A DNA stretch of 64,000 bases from Azolla caroliniana (lineage: Eukaryota > Plantae > Polypodiophyta): the NCBI GenBank assembly GCA_043228905.1, contig JBHGNT010000001.1, positions 9,114,001 through 9,178,000 on the forward strand, written 5' to 3'. A program made the translations under genes and the position numbers. The notes beneath the pieces were generated by a model. That model was given only the letters and a program-made list of their open reading frames with translations, was not told where the DNA came from and did no database searches. Below are positions 22,960-37,130 of this stretch, piece by piece. Numbering within the stretch: the stretch's first letter is position 1; each line of letters opens with the position of its first letter.

Positions 22960-23030
22960 GGATGTAGCTCAGTTGGAAAGTTTGCCCAATGGAGACCAGG
23001 TGGTCATTGGTTCAACTCCTACATTCCACC
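22960..23030 (+). other. Degenerate tRNA-like sequence (SINE head or tRNA pseudogene)
   Basis: GGATGTAGCTCAGTTGG (A box) ... GGTTCAACTCC (B box); the stems do not pair cleanly. Confidence 0.35.
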
Positions 23031-23157
23031 GTGGCATCTAGTGAATTAAGAGATATATATGAAGTATATAATAGAGAGAAGTGAGAAAATTGGGTTTCGA
23101 ACCCAAGACGTAGTGCTTGTAGTGTTAACAACTTACCACTAGGGTAAGCTAATTACG

Positions 23158-23196
<39 letters not shown>

Positions 23197-26100
23197 TATT
23201 TGTCAAAGTTAGAGCTCCAAAAGGAGGAAATTTTAAAAGAGACATAGCTAACACGATACTCTAGGCTAAGGTAAGGATTGAGTTATTCTCAATCCTAAGG
23301 TGGGAGATCATTTTAAACTGTTTTATTACTTTGCCACTTATAATAAAATATGTCAAGTGTGAAACAAACTAGATCCTAGGGTTTGAACCTATATAATAAG
23401 GCTAGCTACCTTCACGAGGGTCCATCTTTATTATTTTGATAGAGAGTCTAAGAGTGTGCCAAAGCTCTAGCTTCATACACTTATACCTCCTTCATCTTCA
23501 AACCCAAGGTATGATCCATGTTTGAAATCGGTGATGTGGGACACTGACAAGGGACTCATATTCATATCTCACTGTCGTTGAGGGATGGTTGGATGGTCTA
23601 AGACTCTAATGTCATTTCTTTTTCTCCCTTAATTTTGCCTAATGCAAATTTTGAATCTTACAATATTGTACAAGGATAGTTCCTCAACAACCATAACATG
23701 CCCACCTAGACATAGTAATAACACATCAACAATTGTAACAAGCTACATAATTGTCTTCATCCATCACTTTCAAGTGGTCAATTTCAAGCAAGGAAATGGT
23801 TTGGTATCATGAGTAAAAAAACTATTATTAGATTTCACAATGATGAACAAAGAATTCTTAAAAACATTTGTCCAAGGACTAAATGGATCTTGATTGAGCC
23901 ACTATTCGGTTTAAATTAAGTATAGATTGAAATGGTATAAGACTTTATCCTTTTGATGCACAATTGAAATTGAAGACCAAATATCTTCTCTCTAGTTAAT
24001 GAATAGGTTCATCAGAGGACTATGTAGCCAAACATTGCATAACTACCTTACCTAGAATAAGTGTACCTCCCTCAACCAAACTTGGGATGAAATTATGACC
24101 ATGGGAAACAACTCGTAAGGTCTCCAAATACCTAGGAAGACACCCATCAACAAAAGAGGACAAATGTATACTTCTCCTCCACCAAGTTAATCCACTTGAA
24201 AAGTAGAAAAAACAATGGATTACCCTATATGCCAAAACATTTGTTACTAATTGTTGAGCATGAGGTAGAGAGTGGAAGAGAGGTCCATGCCGGAAAACTC
24301 ACACAATGAGCTCAATATGGCTTGCACTAACCATCTGGAGAAGTGGTGTCCATCTATATTAACAATACTTCCATTTTGTTGAACTTTGTAATAACCCCTT
24401 GAACACCTTCGATAGTCCTCCAATGATCGAAGTGCACTCTACTTAGCTTGGCAATGGTGAAGCAAATATATTTCAACGAGGATATATCTTCCCCAAACAC
24501 AAAGACCCAATTCTTCAATCGAGCACCACCTTAAATCTATTAACATCCCCTCTTTATGATATATTTGGGTTAGCCAAGATCTAGATGCAAGAAACGTTAT
24601 TTTGTAACCTCTCCCACTTCTATTCCTTGAAAGTTGGCTCTCCTCCACATAGTTGTTGTATCAAACCCTGACTATTCAAATTTGGTTGAGACTCTTGTAT
24701 GCAACTCACCTAGGCATGACCACAACTCTCCCTGAGTGTCAGTAGATTTGCAACTCCCTATACATTCTCAATCACCTAGCATTACAACTTTGTGAAGAAA
24801 TAGTGTTCACTAAGCAAGAGTTCATGACCCTCCTCAGATTCACCTTGCTCTTATGGCAAGAGGAATAAACATATGAAGTCATTTTCATCAAGGGAGAATT
24901 TCATATTTCAATGGAGGATTTCCCCTTGAAAAGCATACATCTACCCAAACACACATTAATGTAGCCACCTCGTTCTCCGTGTTCCATATTTCTTCTAATG
25001 CCTTGGAGATCCTCACTTTCATTGGCATCCACCCTATTTTCACAGCATATAACATTCGTGATGTCGTCCACCTTGTTTTTAAGATTGGTATCCACCATCC
25101 TCCCCATTGAATTTACTAACGATCCCATCATGTTCCCCCATGCCAATCTCTCAGGCCAATTCTCCACTTCATCTTCATCAAAACATCCCACACAACACCA
25201 ACAAAGCATACACCTTATAAAGTAATTATACACTCAAATCTTTGGTAAATAGGGCTAGTTCGGGTCCATTTCTTCCATCTTTGGTAAATAGAGCTTGTTG
25301 ATTCGAGTGTATAATTACTTTATAAAGTGTAATTTTTTGGACATAGGGGTAGTTTGGTAAATTTGGAACTTCCACGGGCATTCTGGTAAATAGACGAACT
25401 TCCAGGGGTATCCTGGTACTTTTCCTTAAAACCTATCTATGTCCCACACACATGAAGAGTTGTCCCTCTTTCATAATCTATCGTTTAAGAATTAATATTA
25501 AGTGTTAAGCTTCATCATGTTGTGAGAGCATGGTTGGTTTAACCACATGTGTTGGCAATAGAAGTGTGTTTGGTTGAAAATTCTTATATTAATGTATGCT
25601 TGATTTAATGATTAGTATTATGTGTTAAGTATGTTAAGTTGTCCATTTACCCATTATTACTAGTGGTGGTGAGGATATAGCTCAAGACCAATGCCCCACT
25701 TACCCAAATCATTACCTAGGAATTGTTACTCCACCATAACTTAGATAATGGTCAACTAATCATGTTAACACTTTTGTCATTAGTTACATAGAGGGGAACT
25801 CTTAGTGTAGACTTTTAAGTTAACATAACAATTGTAGGTGGGAGAAAGAGTGAATGTGTCTAGATGGGATATGCCATTTTTTTTCCCCAAAAAAACTCCT
25901 TCCATCAGTTATAAAATTTTATAGATGAGAGTGTTATATACAAGTCCATGTAGGGACACGATAATTCCATCTTATGTAGATGGGATATATCTTGGTCTCA
26001 TTTGTTGAGTTATTAAGAAAATTACCACCAAGCCATAGGCATTGAATCTTACCCAACTTTCACAATCAACTTGTTCTTATCAATTTCCTTAAACATATGA

Positions 26101-29100
26101 ATATACTTGTTCTTGTTAGGTTTGGTGTCCCAAACAATCTTTCGTAATTTGCTCCAACGAGATCATGCTAGCAATCTAACCAAATGTGATATTTCTACAT
26201 AAACACAAGCAAGATTCACATTGTAAAGTTGTGTGGATGTAGTATTTTAAGAGTAGCTTACGCTTCAATTAACAACCTTAATGTTTATTGCATATCTAGC
26301 TTCTAAACTTGTTAAAGCATTTAATTATATATGGTTCCCCAAAGAAACACACCATTTCTTGATGATTAGCTATAACCTAGTGTGAGCATCAACGTTTTAC
26401 ATCATGACATTGATACGATCAAATGCAAAATTTTGCCCCTCATATAAATAATACATTTGAAGTTCTTTCTAAAGGAGTTGAAAAGAAAAAGTGGAACTTA
26501 CACATAGTATATCTATGTTAATATTCAAATAGTTCATATGCAAATTAAAATATGCATTTAAGCATGCAGCTGGCAAACTTCCTTCACTTGGAAATTTTGT
26601 GCACTACCATGACGCAACCCTTGGGTTCTTGTTGTGCAAAGTTAATTATGGCACAATTTGATTCTCACGAGGCTATGAACATTCTCTACAATATGAATAT
26701 ATTTTTGAGTTCGTGTTAGTAGTTTTATTAATAAATTGTTGATGAGGCAATTGTTGTTAGAGTGAATCATACCAGGTGAAACATTCAACACAAATTATCA
26801 AAGTCTAAGGTTAATGTTACAACTATGCCAATAATTTATAACCAAAGGCACAATCCTAATATGTACATGGCAACTTACTTCCGGGAAGGGAGAATGAATT
26901 TGGTGCACATATGTATAAAGATAACATAGTTTTTCTAGCTCTATCCTTACAAAAAGAAAAAGCACAGGGGAAGCCCAAACATAATCTTTGTATAAACAAT
27001 GTATTACTTCACATAAAAAGCATCAATGCTTTCTACTCTATATGCAAACGGCACACTTGCCATTCTTCTCAAGATTGATGCAAGTGATTACAAACAAGTT
27101 GGACAATTTAATTGTTGGTCACATGGCACAAATACCTTTGTGATAGTCCAACATCGCATTTCATAAATGTAAGGTTCAAGTTGTCCGCATTTTTGCCATA
27201 TCCCTAAGGGGATTCCTTTCAATGCTTATAATGTTACTTGTCTTACCTAAAGGGATTCAATTGTATAAAAATGAATAGTGTTTCCTTTTGAACAATTGCT
27301 TTACGATGATAATTGTCTTGCTTTTCAATCCTATGGGTAATTTAGGTGTCATCTATCATATAATGATATCAATACTAATTACTACTCAATAAATATGATG
27401 TCAAATTATCTAAAATCAGTCTCCTTCTAAGGTTTCTTGATCTCATAATGGCACTCTTTCGCCAATCATGTATCATGTTAATTATTATTTTTCTAAATTA
27501 TCTCTATGAACAATTTGAAGTTGCCTACATGATAAGAACATCAACTAATCTCCCATACTCATCATGTTGATCCCATGTAAATAAATTCTCAATTACAAAC
27601 ATTTGTTAACTAATGGTAATTATTTTGAGCAAGTTAACAACCCCCTCCCCCAACTTATTCATTCCTTATATTGATCCTCTACAATGGTTATATATGACTC
27701 TATCATATCTCCTTCCTTTCGTAAATGACTCCTCTCTCTCTAACGTGTTGAACTTAAGCATACAAAGGTTTGGGAAGTTTTCATACTAACACTGATGCAT
27801 TACAATGTCTATGCGTGTGCGTGTTCCTTCAATTTCCCATGAGTAGTATACTCAATAAATTCCACGGCTTACTAGTTAGGTGTACAAGAGAAAAGACAAA
27901 AAGAGTGACGAGTCACTTATTCATTAGCACTTTTTATTTTTGTAGTTTGAACACATCTTCTTGTTTATTTTGATTTTTCTCTTAGTTTCAGAGATAAATA
28001 GATGAATAAATAAGAAAATAAATAACGCAAACCAAAAATGTGGCAATAGGTGGCCGACAAAAAGTGGCCCACCCCATCCCCCCAACTCTGAAAAAAAAAA
28101 TTGTATTTTTGTTCTACATAATTTTACAGGCACAAAAAAGGATCCACATCGTATTTGTTACTAAAATAAATATGTATTTTTAAATCAATCCTTGGATTCT
28201 GCCCGAATGTGACCCTTCATAAGAAAGCAATAAGTAAATATGGGTTAATCTAAAAGACAAGTACACAATTCCATTCATTCGTTTCTTATAAACTATGTCG
28301 TATCTTCAACATAATGTTTCGACTCTCAATGGTCACGTAATTTTCATAAATATCTATTACTTATAGGGTTTTTCTTAGTGATCGGATATTTCAATGTTGC
28401 TAATTAATTATGAACAAAATGTACTTTTCCTTTTTTAGCCTCATTAACAAAGACCAAGGTTAGCCATAAAAGCTCTCGATGTATCCTTGGTTTGTCTCAA
28501 CTATTGTACAACTTGTATCAATATAGGGGGTATTATTATTGTTCCAACCTTACAAACTATTGGTTGTCATATATGGTTTTGTTTACAGTAGCATGTACAT
28601 CCTTGAATTTATCAATTTTACAACTGGCAATTTTTCGTTTGTAACTCATAGGTAAGTCATTACAGTGCCAGTAGTAAGCCACAAATTGTTGAGAAACTTG
28701 TTGACTTCTTGTGTTTGTGTGTGTACACATACATCCTTTTGAAAAATGTGGAGAGATTCTTGCACCATGTCACAAGGAGTGTGTTTCCTTGTTTGTTTTT
28801 GTAACTTCATCTTGTCTCAACGAATGATTTATGCATCATTGTTTATATGGTGTGATACCAAAGTTTGTGCATCTATCTCTCGCAACATGAAGAATTAATG
28901 TGAGCCCATGACAACCGTCATTTCAAGCCAATTGTTCATTGTTCCTAAATAGTCGTGGAGCAAGATATCCAAAAGTCCTCTATATAGCATTTGTCAAAAC
29001 TAATTCTCTTGCATGACTTTCTTCATCGAAAGACTCATTGCCCCAATGTAAGGTAATGTTTACACGTCCTTGATATGTGGACTTTCTACCATCCATAGAC

Positions 29101-32100
29101 ATATGTGTCAATTTTGATTGTTTTATGAATCCATTGCCAATAATTTGCTCTCAAAATAATAAAGTCAACCATGCTTTTCCTAATCTTATGGGTAGATAGA
29201 GTTCATATGATGTCGATTGACTATCCTAGGAGGCCAAATTATTTCTAAATGCTCCCAAACAAATGTCTTCAAAAAGATTGTCTAACCAAAGTTTGTTGGC
29301 TATTCAAGTACAAGAGGATGTGTACACCTTCTATTGAAAACTATCCCATGTCTATTATGAAAAACTTAATCATACAATAGTCTACATCTATGACTTGGTG
29401 ATTGCTTTTTAAGAAAATGGTGGCTTATTTGAATGATATTTTTGCAGTTCAACACATTCACATTCTAAAATTTAAACAAATCTCGAGTGATGGATTTTAT
29501 GATATGCTCATTTAAAACTCATCATAGCTTCACATTTTGCTCTAGTTTTAGAAGATTACCATTGATAGATTCGAGAGAACACAATAATGTTGCAGTTTAA
29601 ACGACAATGCTACTAAACTAAATGAACCTGCGTATTTTATAGGAGCCTAATTGTTTTGAATCTTGTTGTTTCCCCAAACACCTTAATCAACTTTGAAAAC
29701 AAAAGGGCTCAATTGACCACATAATTTCTCAAATAATATATACCATTGGTATTTCTAGGGATGAACAAAGGTGTTTGAAACTAATGGAAACTTATATGGA
29801 CATTAGAGAAAATAAAGACATGCATAGGGGTATTTTCATGTTTTCCCCTAATTGTTATCCCTCAAATTGTTGTCTTTCTAGTATTTTCTTTGCTAAATGA
29901 GGTGAGCTTCTGTTTTCAAGCTCAATCAAATAAAAGTTATAGATTAGAGACATAAACACGATCAATGGACTCTCTATACTTGGTGTAAATTCCCCTTGAA
30001 TGGCATACATTTACTTTTCCTATATGACTCCATTCTAGATAATGAAAACATTTTAACAAGCTACCCGTGTTATTATATTCCCTAAACACATAAAAGTGAT
30101 TGTCATTAAATTCTAACTTTTCATCTCAATTCCTACAATATCACAAGAATGCCTCCATCCCTTGAAATTCATACAAGTCACAACTCAAGGAAGATCATGA
30201 TTCATTACTAGTTAGAAGCACACTTAAAACATACTTGTAAATTTTGTATTTGTTTTGACGTATACATTGGGATCAAAACCCCGTCAACTCGTCATAATTA
30301 TCAAGGTAATGCGATAGACTACAGAGAAATACACTTCTCCCAACCAAATGCCCACAAGCTATGGATTGGTTACCATGGTTCAAGAGCACATCTCTCCATC
30401 CTCATGTAGATGAAGCACCAAAGTAAAGATGAACATGCATGATGGACTATAGATACCCCCATTTAGAGTTTGAAACTTAATCTAACTTTTAAAGCATAGA
30501 TATCTTGAAAAGGGGTATGCACTTGTAATGCCCCTTTCTGTTTGTTTGATTTAAAATCATCATGGTTACATGATTTTCTTGTAAAATTTTGGTTACTTGC
30601 ATGCATGTTTTCTTGCCTTTAAGTGTCATTTGCATTGTCATTAAGTAATAATTACCTAGATCATTTTCTCAAATCTCTAGAATTAATATCACCAAGTTAA
30701 TTTTTATTTTATGATGATTTTTTCAAGCTCACATTAATAGTACTATGGGTGTCATGTCATACCAATCGTTAGTCATGTTTTTTTCTTTCAAGACAAGTTT
30801 ATTATTGGTGTTTGATCCATTTATGTGATCATTAGCATTTCCTTAACTTTGGGTCCAATGATATAAAATCCATGCATACAATACTCATTTATTTGAATTT
30901 GTGATCTTTCAAAATATGGGGAAACATCACCTCTTCTTAAACCTCCCTTTCAACAATTGGCCTATTATTAATATTAGGTAACATGTTTATAACCCAAGAC
31001 ACTAACGATCTAGTCTTAAGACAACCTATGATATGTTAGGAACACTTTGCACAACCTACATTAGAATAGATCTCATCAAGATCATGGTGGCGCCTAGACA
31101 ATCCATCCATATTGAAATTGACTAATCATTCCCTCATGTGCAATGTTGCAATCTCAATGGTAGATGTGATAATATCTATCAACATGAACCATTTGAAACG
31201 TAGACTATGTTTTTAGGGTTCAATATTTGAAAACGCTAAATAAACTATAATACGTAATGCATATATACACGCTCAAAATTACAAAACCCTGAACATATTA
31301 ATAAAACCCTAGTCATGCAATTTCCAAAAGGTTCATATGACATAAGATAAAAGGGACAGAAGGAGAGGGGTAGCTTTGAGAAGTCACCAAAACCGTAACA
31401 AAACTCAAAACCATAACTTCAGCATGAATATGCTTTTTAGGTTTCATCTTGTACTTGAAAGACTATAAATGCCCTCTCAATAATGCCATAAATAGTTACT
31501 AATGTTGTGGCAACATGTACATTTTTGTTACTTACGATTACAATGATTGCCGTTTGTGGGCTCAATACGTTTCATATGAAAAGGATCTTAGATGTAGATA
31601 CGAATTTGGTGTCACTATAATGATCAAAGAATCATATGTAGCTAAATAACAGAACTCGTTATATTTTGTAGCCATATTCCAAATTTAATGATTTCAAGAT
31701 GATGAAAATCGATAAGAATAACTTGAAGATGTTGCTGACAGTACTTTTAAAGTTTAAAATGAAATGATTTAAAGGAGCATTGAATATGGTGTTGTGATGT
31801 GATCAATTGTATTTCATGATGAAACCAATTATATGGTTAACTTTGTTTCTTAAAAGACACAATGCCATTGTAGGTCTAGGATATATTCTGATTCAAAGTA
31901 TGAACAAATATAGACAACAATGAGTCACGACTCACAACTCATTGTAAAAATATATGGAAATCAGTTCACTACTCCATACACCAAAAATTATATGGCCCTG
32001 AAACATTTATAGCCCAAACCAAAAAGAAACTTTCAAGGATCACGAGTCTTACGCTTAGAAATGTGAGCCCAATAGATTGGCACACATAGTCAAGTTGATT

Positions 32101-34832
32101 CTATAGTGTGGGTTAAGTTCAATTAATGTAGATAAAATCTTGATAAAAAATTCATAGGTAGTTCAATTTCATATTATCATCATATGATGTGTCAAATCTT
32201 ATTCATAACACATGAATTATAAAATGCCCTAGGCTTGTCAGCCAATCAATTTACTCTCTATTCATGCATATTTGTCCATGATAGTTATCTCATTTGGCTC
32301 AACACAATTTGGATTATTTATCCATGTTTAACCAAATTTACTTCTCCATTAGAAAACTCACATGTCTTAGTAATAAGTTCATATACATGAACTTGAACAA
32401 GATTAACCACAATGTGGATTATTTCATGGTGATCTTCATATAACTTGCATGCTTAACAGGTTTGCATTAACCCTAAATACTATTGTGAAAGTTGGTGTTG
32501 ATCTTCACATTTGTTTTGATGTATTGTGCAATCATCAATGGTTAGTTATATGGTTCTATATAAAAGTGAAAAATAACAAACCTAAAGAAGAGTAATAAAT
32601 GTATAATTGTTCTAGGATGATCATCGTACATGATTCTCAAACAATAAATAATGCATATCCCAACATACTCTTTACATTTGTATATGAAGGAATTTATACG
32701 ATAATATCATCAATTTCATCGAATATTGAAATATAAACCCAAATATTTCTAAACCCTTTTCTTAAGCATGCACAAATAAAATCCATTTCAAAGTTCAAAT
32801 TGTATGGAAAACACTTCGTCTTGATTTGGTTAAAAGAATCAATTTTGATCTCCACCTTCCATGATGATAAATTCACTTTTGACATCATCTTACAAGCGAT
32901 CTCCTTACAAAGTGGAGCAATTATATCTTTTGTGATATTTTTAAAAAGATATGGGTGATGGAGACGATGCAACTTAATGAAATTTTCAAAGGCATTCAAA
33001 CATCTATAGATGTAAAATTGCACATGTGGGACATGTCTAGTGTGTAAGAGAATATCCTTACAAAGGAGAAATCAAAGAGAGACCAAGGATGTCATGGATG
33101 TTCAGAGACTCTCTCTACAGGTCGCACATGGGTGTACAAAACTAGGTGTCTTTATTCCTTACTTTAAAATTGATAGGAAGCCCTGTCCTTCATTTCAAGA
33201 AGTGGAGAGATTTACTCTAAAACTTTGGATAACGGAGACAATAATTTCAACCTATATATATTATATTTAAAACTTGTGCATATGCATCTAGGTTGGTATT
33301 TTTGTGCTTCCAAACATGGCATAAATACCACGATAAATATGTGCACGTACACGTAACATATATTAAATACATTTCTAAGTATGGGTGTGTGTGCAAATGA
33401 GTTCATGTATAATGTATCTACTGTGCACACGCTCACAAAATTTGGCTAGCCTATTCACATAAATGTCCAATATGAGCTTGCAATCTTGGCACCATATGGT
33501 GATAAGGGAACATCAAAATCAATGAAGAGTTTAGTCCTCCATCGAGGCCAACTCTAATGTGGGTTGTACATGGTGTTTTTTACTGTTATAGAGGGTAGTG
33601 CAAACACTTAATTGTTAATTTATTGTGTGGATTTACCCAAACATAGGAATATGTTTCCTAATGTGGTAAATAAAATGAAGCATGTGAGTTTGTTTTGAGT
33701 GTGAGTGTGTGTGTGCACATGTGTCTAAAAGAGAGATAAAGTGAAGTTTTGGATTGTGGAACGATACTCTATCTACAAACTGCATTAGCCTTTACGAAAA
33801 CCATTCATGTTATTTACAGTGAAAAGGGTAAGTTTTGGGATCGATGAATTTTATTACATATATATCTAATATGAAAAAGATTATGAATATCGTCTGCACA
33901 ATGCAATGTTACTCTTCATGCGAACCTCTCATTTTATTTACTGTGAAAAAGTGAAATTTTGGAATAGGCAATGGTTTAGGAGACACAGATATTTGTAAAG
34001 CAAAACTTTGGGAGATGGAAGAGATGATCAACAAGTACTATGGGCAAAGCCCCTCGACATACATAAAACGTAGCTTTTCTATAAGAAAGATAAAACTAAG
34101 TAAACATATACAAACAAAAGTAATTGATAAAGGAGGGAAGACCTTACTTTTTCTATCCATATATGTACCAAGGAATAACATGGAACCAATACACAATCAA
34201 ATCCATGAAGTATGGTTTGAAATTCAAAACTATATGTAAGGGGTGCACTAATAGGAGCAAGGTGAGTTTTTCCTTGCTTGCACTGATTTCTAGTCGAAAT
34301 GAACAAGAGATCAAATGAGAGGATTAAACTAATAAAGAGAACATTCTTAGAAACATGAGAGGATGAGGATGAGGGCAACATGCGTAGAAAATGGCCCATT
34401 TGTAGCGAGCAAAGATATAAAAACAAATGGAGTGAAGTTGATTGGATTGTGCGTGAGAATGCAAGATGGAAACTACAATGATAATAGAAGTCATGTAGGT
34501 TAGGACACAAAAACCTAGAGGAACAACAAAAGTGCTTTCCTTGCATTATTAAATGGAGAAAGGAGATAAAAGTGGTCTACCGCATTCTTTTAAGGTAAAT
34601 GACAACTAGACGTTTCCGAGCGTGGCTATTTAAAAAACTTATATACCCATTGGGCCCCATCCTAGAAGCAATTGAGCCAATATGTAGATTTGTAGGGAGG
34701 ATTTCGAACACGAAGCTAGCGAATGAGCTCTTTCAAGGATTGTTGAAATTATGTTATTAGGAAGTATTGAAATTCTTTTTTAGTATTTCATGCTTGAAAT
34801 ATTCATAGCTTGATGTGCTCATAACCTCTTGT

Positions 34833-35150
34833 CTTGCTAGATATTTATTTAAGAATTAATAACACCCCTAATCCTTTGACCAAAAGCTTTTGAAATGATT
34901 TATCCGATGGTCAAAAGTTACAAGAACCTTACAATATACATTCATAATCATGAGTAGCTACATGGATTTCTTACTTGACATATTCACGGATTGCTATGCT
35001 AGCAACTTCTTTTCTTGCTAGACATGTGGTAATTTGAGAACTAATATCACCCATGATCCTTTGACCAAAAGCGTTTAATTATTTATTTGATGGTCAAAAG
35101 TTACAATAACCTTACAATATACATTAATAAGCATGAGTAGATACATGGAT
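34833..35150. repeat. Imperfect tandem duplication, ~185-bp period
   Basis: ATCCTTTGACCAAAAGC...TGGTCAAAAGTTACAA.AACCTTACAATATACATT.ATAA.CATGAGTAG.TACATGGATT at 34871-34968 and 35056-35150. Confidence 0.8.
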
Positions 35151-36396
35151 TACCCTTGGCTTTGTCGTTCATTACAACATTCAATTTTCCAAACTTGTCT
35201 TCAAAGCTTCCATACCCAAGATTCCAATGTGAAAAAAACTTTGTCGTTCTAATTCCAACAATGGTTTAGATCTTGATTCAATGTTGACGTTGCTTGCTTG
35301 GCATTTGAATCCTTTTACCAATTTAATGAATGCTTTGAAGTTCTCACGAATTTGAGAATTATATCCTTGATATTAATATTTGAGTTCAGCTTAAATGAAA
35401 ATCCTAATTAATCTACAAGCTTGTTATCAAACAAATGAATAAGTCAATTTTACTACTCGTGATCCATTACACTAACTTCATTATGACTAGAGAAACATTG
35501 AGAGACACAAGAAGAGGATACTCAATACCAAAGAGGCCAATGATGTTATTTACCACATATCAATTCCAATACACTAAACTACATGAAAATGTTATGCTTT
35601 GGTCCCATTAGTATTTTGACATGCTAGGACCCCAATTCATAAATCTATCTATTTCTTTCCCTCTCCGGGAAGGAGGGAGCATATCATTTCACCCATTACA
35701 CCTTCACATCATTTTGTTCATACGATAACCCCACACATCCTTTTGTGCATATTCCCAATCGCAAGGACAATTTGCTTTGCCTCCCTATTGCTTCGTTGTG
35801 ACACCAATCACTTGGGAAAGGGGTAATCCTTCCCTCCATCTATACATTGCTTGTCATATGCAAACTCTCGATATTCATCTATCTACTCATTCAAGTTCTC
35901 TCAGTGTTGGCATCAACTCACAAATCATTCTCAAAAACTCGTCATCTCTCACCACCACCTTAACACAACATAGTCACCCTTGGAGAAACTCCCACAATGT
36001 TTTTTCTCACACTAAATTCCATGGGAAAATAAACTTGGACCCTTAAAAAGAACATCAATGTAAGTACGAAAAATTATTGATCAATCTTCATTTAGGATCT
36101 CGAGACATTCTTGGATTCTCTCATTGATAGAGGACATGTTTTAATCATTACATGGTCTCTATTATCTATTAATTACACAAAGAGGGAGGGGGAGTTAATA
36201 TCCCTATTTGAATAAAGGTTGTAAGATGCACTACTTTACTAGATGCCATTGTGGAATGTAGGAGATTGAATCCATGACCTTCTCATCTCTGACGAACAAA
36301 CCTTATCGACCAATATGGATGTAACCCATGATGTTCTAGTGTCCATACGAGGCAAATCTTACCAACAAGTGGGGCTACATTCTCCTAGGGTTTTTT

Positions 36397-36433
<37 letters not shown>

Positions 36434-37130
36434 GTGTCATAAATTTGAAGAGAACACAAGTTTGATCCTCGCCATGGGCTAGGTCTCCCGTGCAAGTTTA
36501 AAAATATATATTTCTCTTTGTCTCTCTCATTCCTAACTCCGAAGACATAATAGAAATTCACCCAACAATGCCTAGAGAGGATTCGATCCTGAACATTTGT
36601 CTTGAACCTTAACACCACACCCATACATACATAGATGCATACATGCGTGCATGTATGTATTTATATGAATGAGTACCATCAATGCCCACCCATCATTTTC
36701 ACTCTAGTCATGTATATGTCCACGTCTCTTTCTCTCTTATTTGGTCTTATAGGCCATTTTGGCCTCTTAAAAGACGTTAATATTTCTTTCTTTCTCTCTC
36801 TCTCTCTCTATAATATATATATATACACATGTACATAGACATTATTGCCCTCTCTTCTTCTTAAATTTCCTTCATCATCACCTCCTTCCACCACACATAC
36901 ATACAAACAAATCATCCATCACTTCAATGTTTCTATATACATATATATATATATATATAACTTATATCATTAGTTAACTACTTCATCAATCATCAATCAA
37001 TCACCCCCCCACCCCCCCCTCCTATCATTCTTATACATACATACATACATACATACATACACACACGCTCATTACTTTCATCAAATTATATATGCTGCCT
37101 TTGCAGGCCTTTAAAATTGATGCTGAAGAA

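Noticed and set aside
23500-36300. Possible genes or TE ORFs in the AT-rich interval
   Set aside because: Only short ORFs. There are faint LINE-like traces near 23.7-24.7 kb and possible transposase remnants, too decayed to call.
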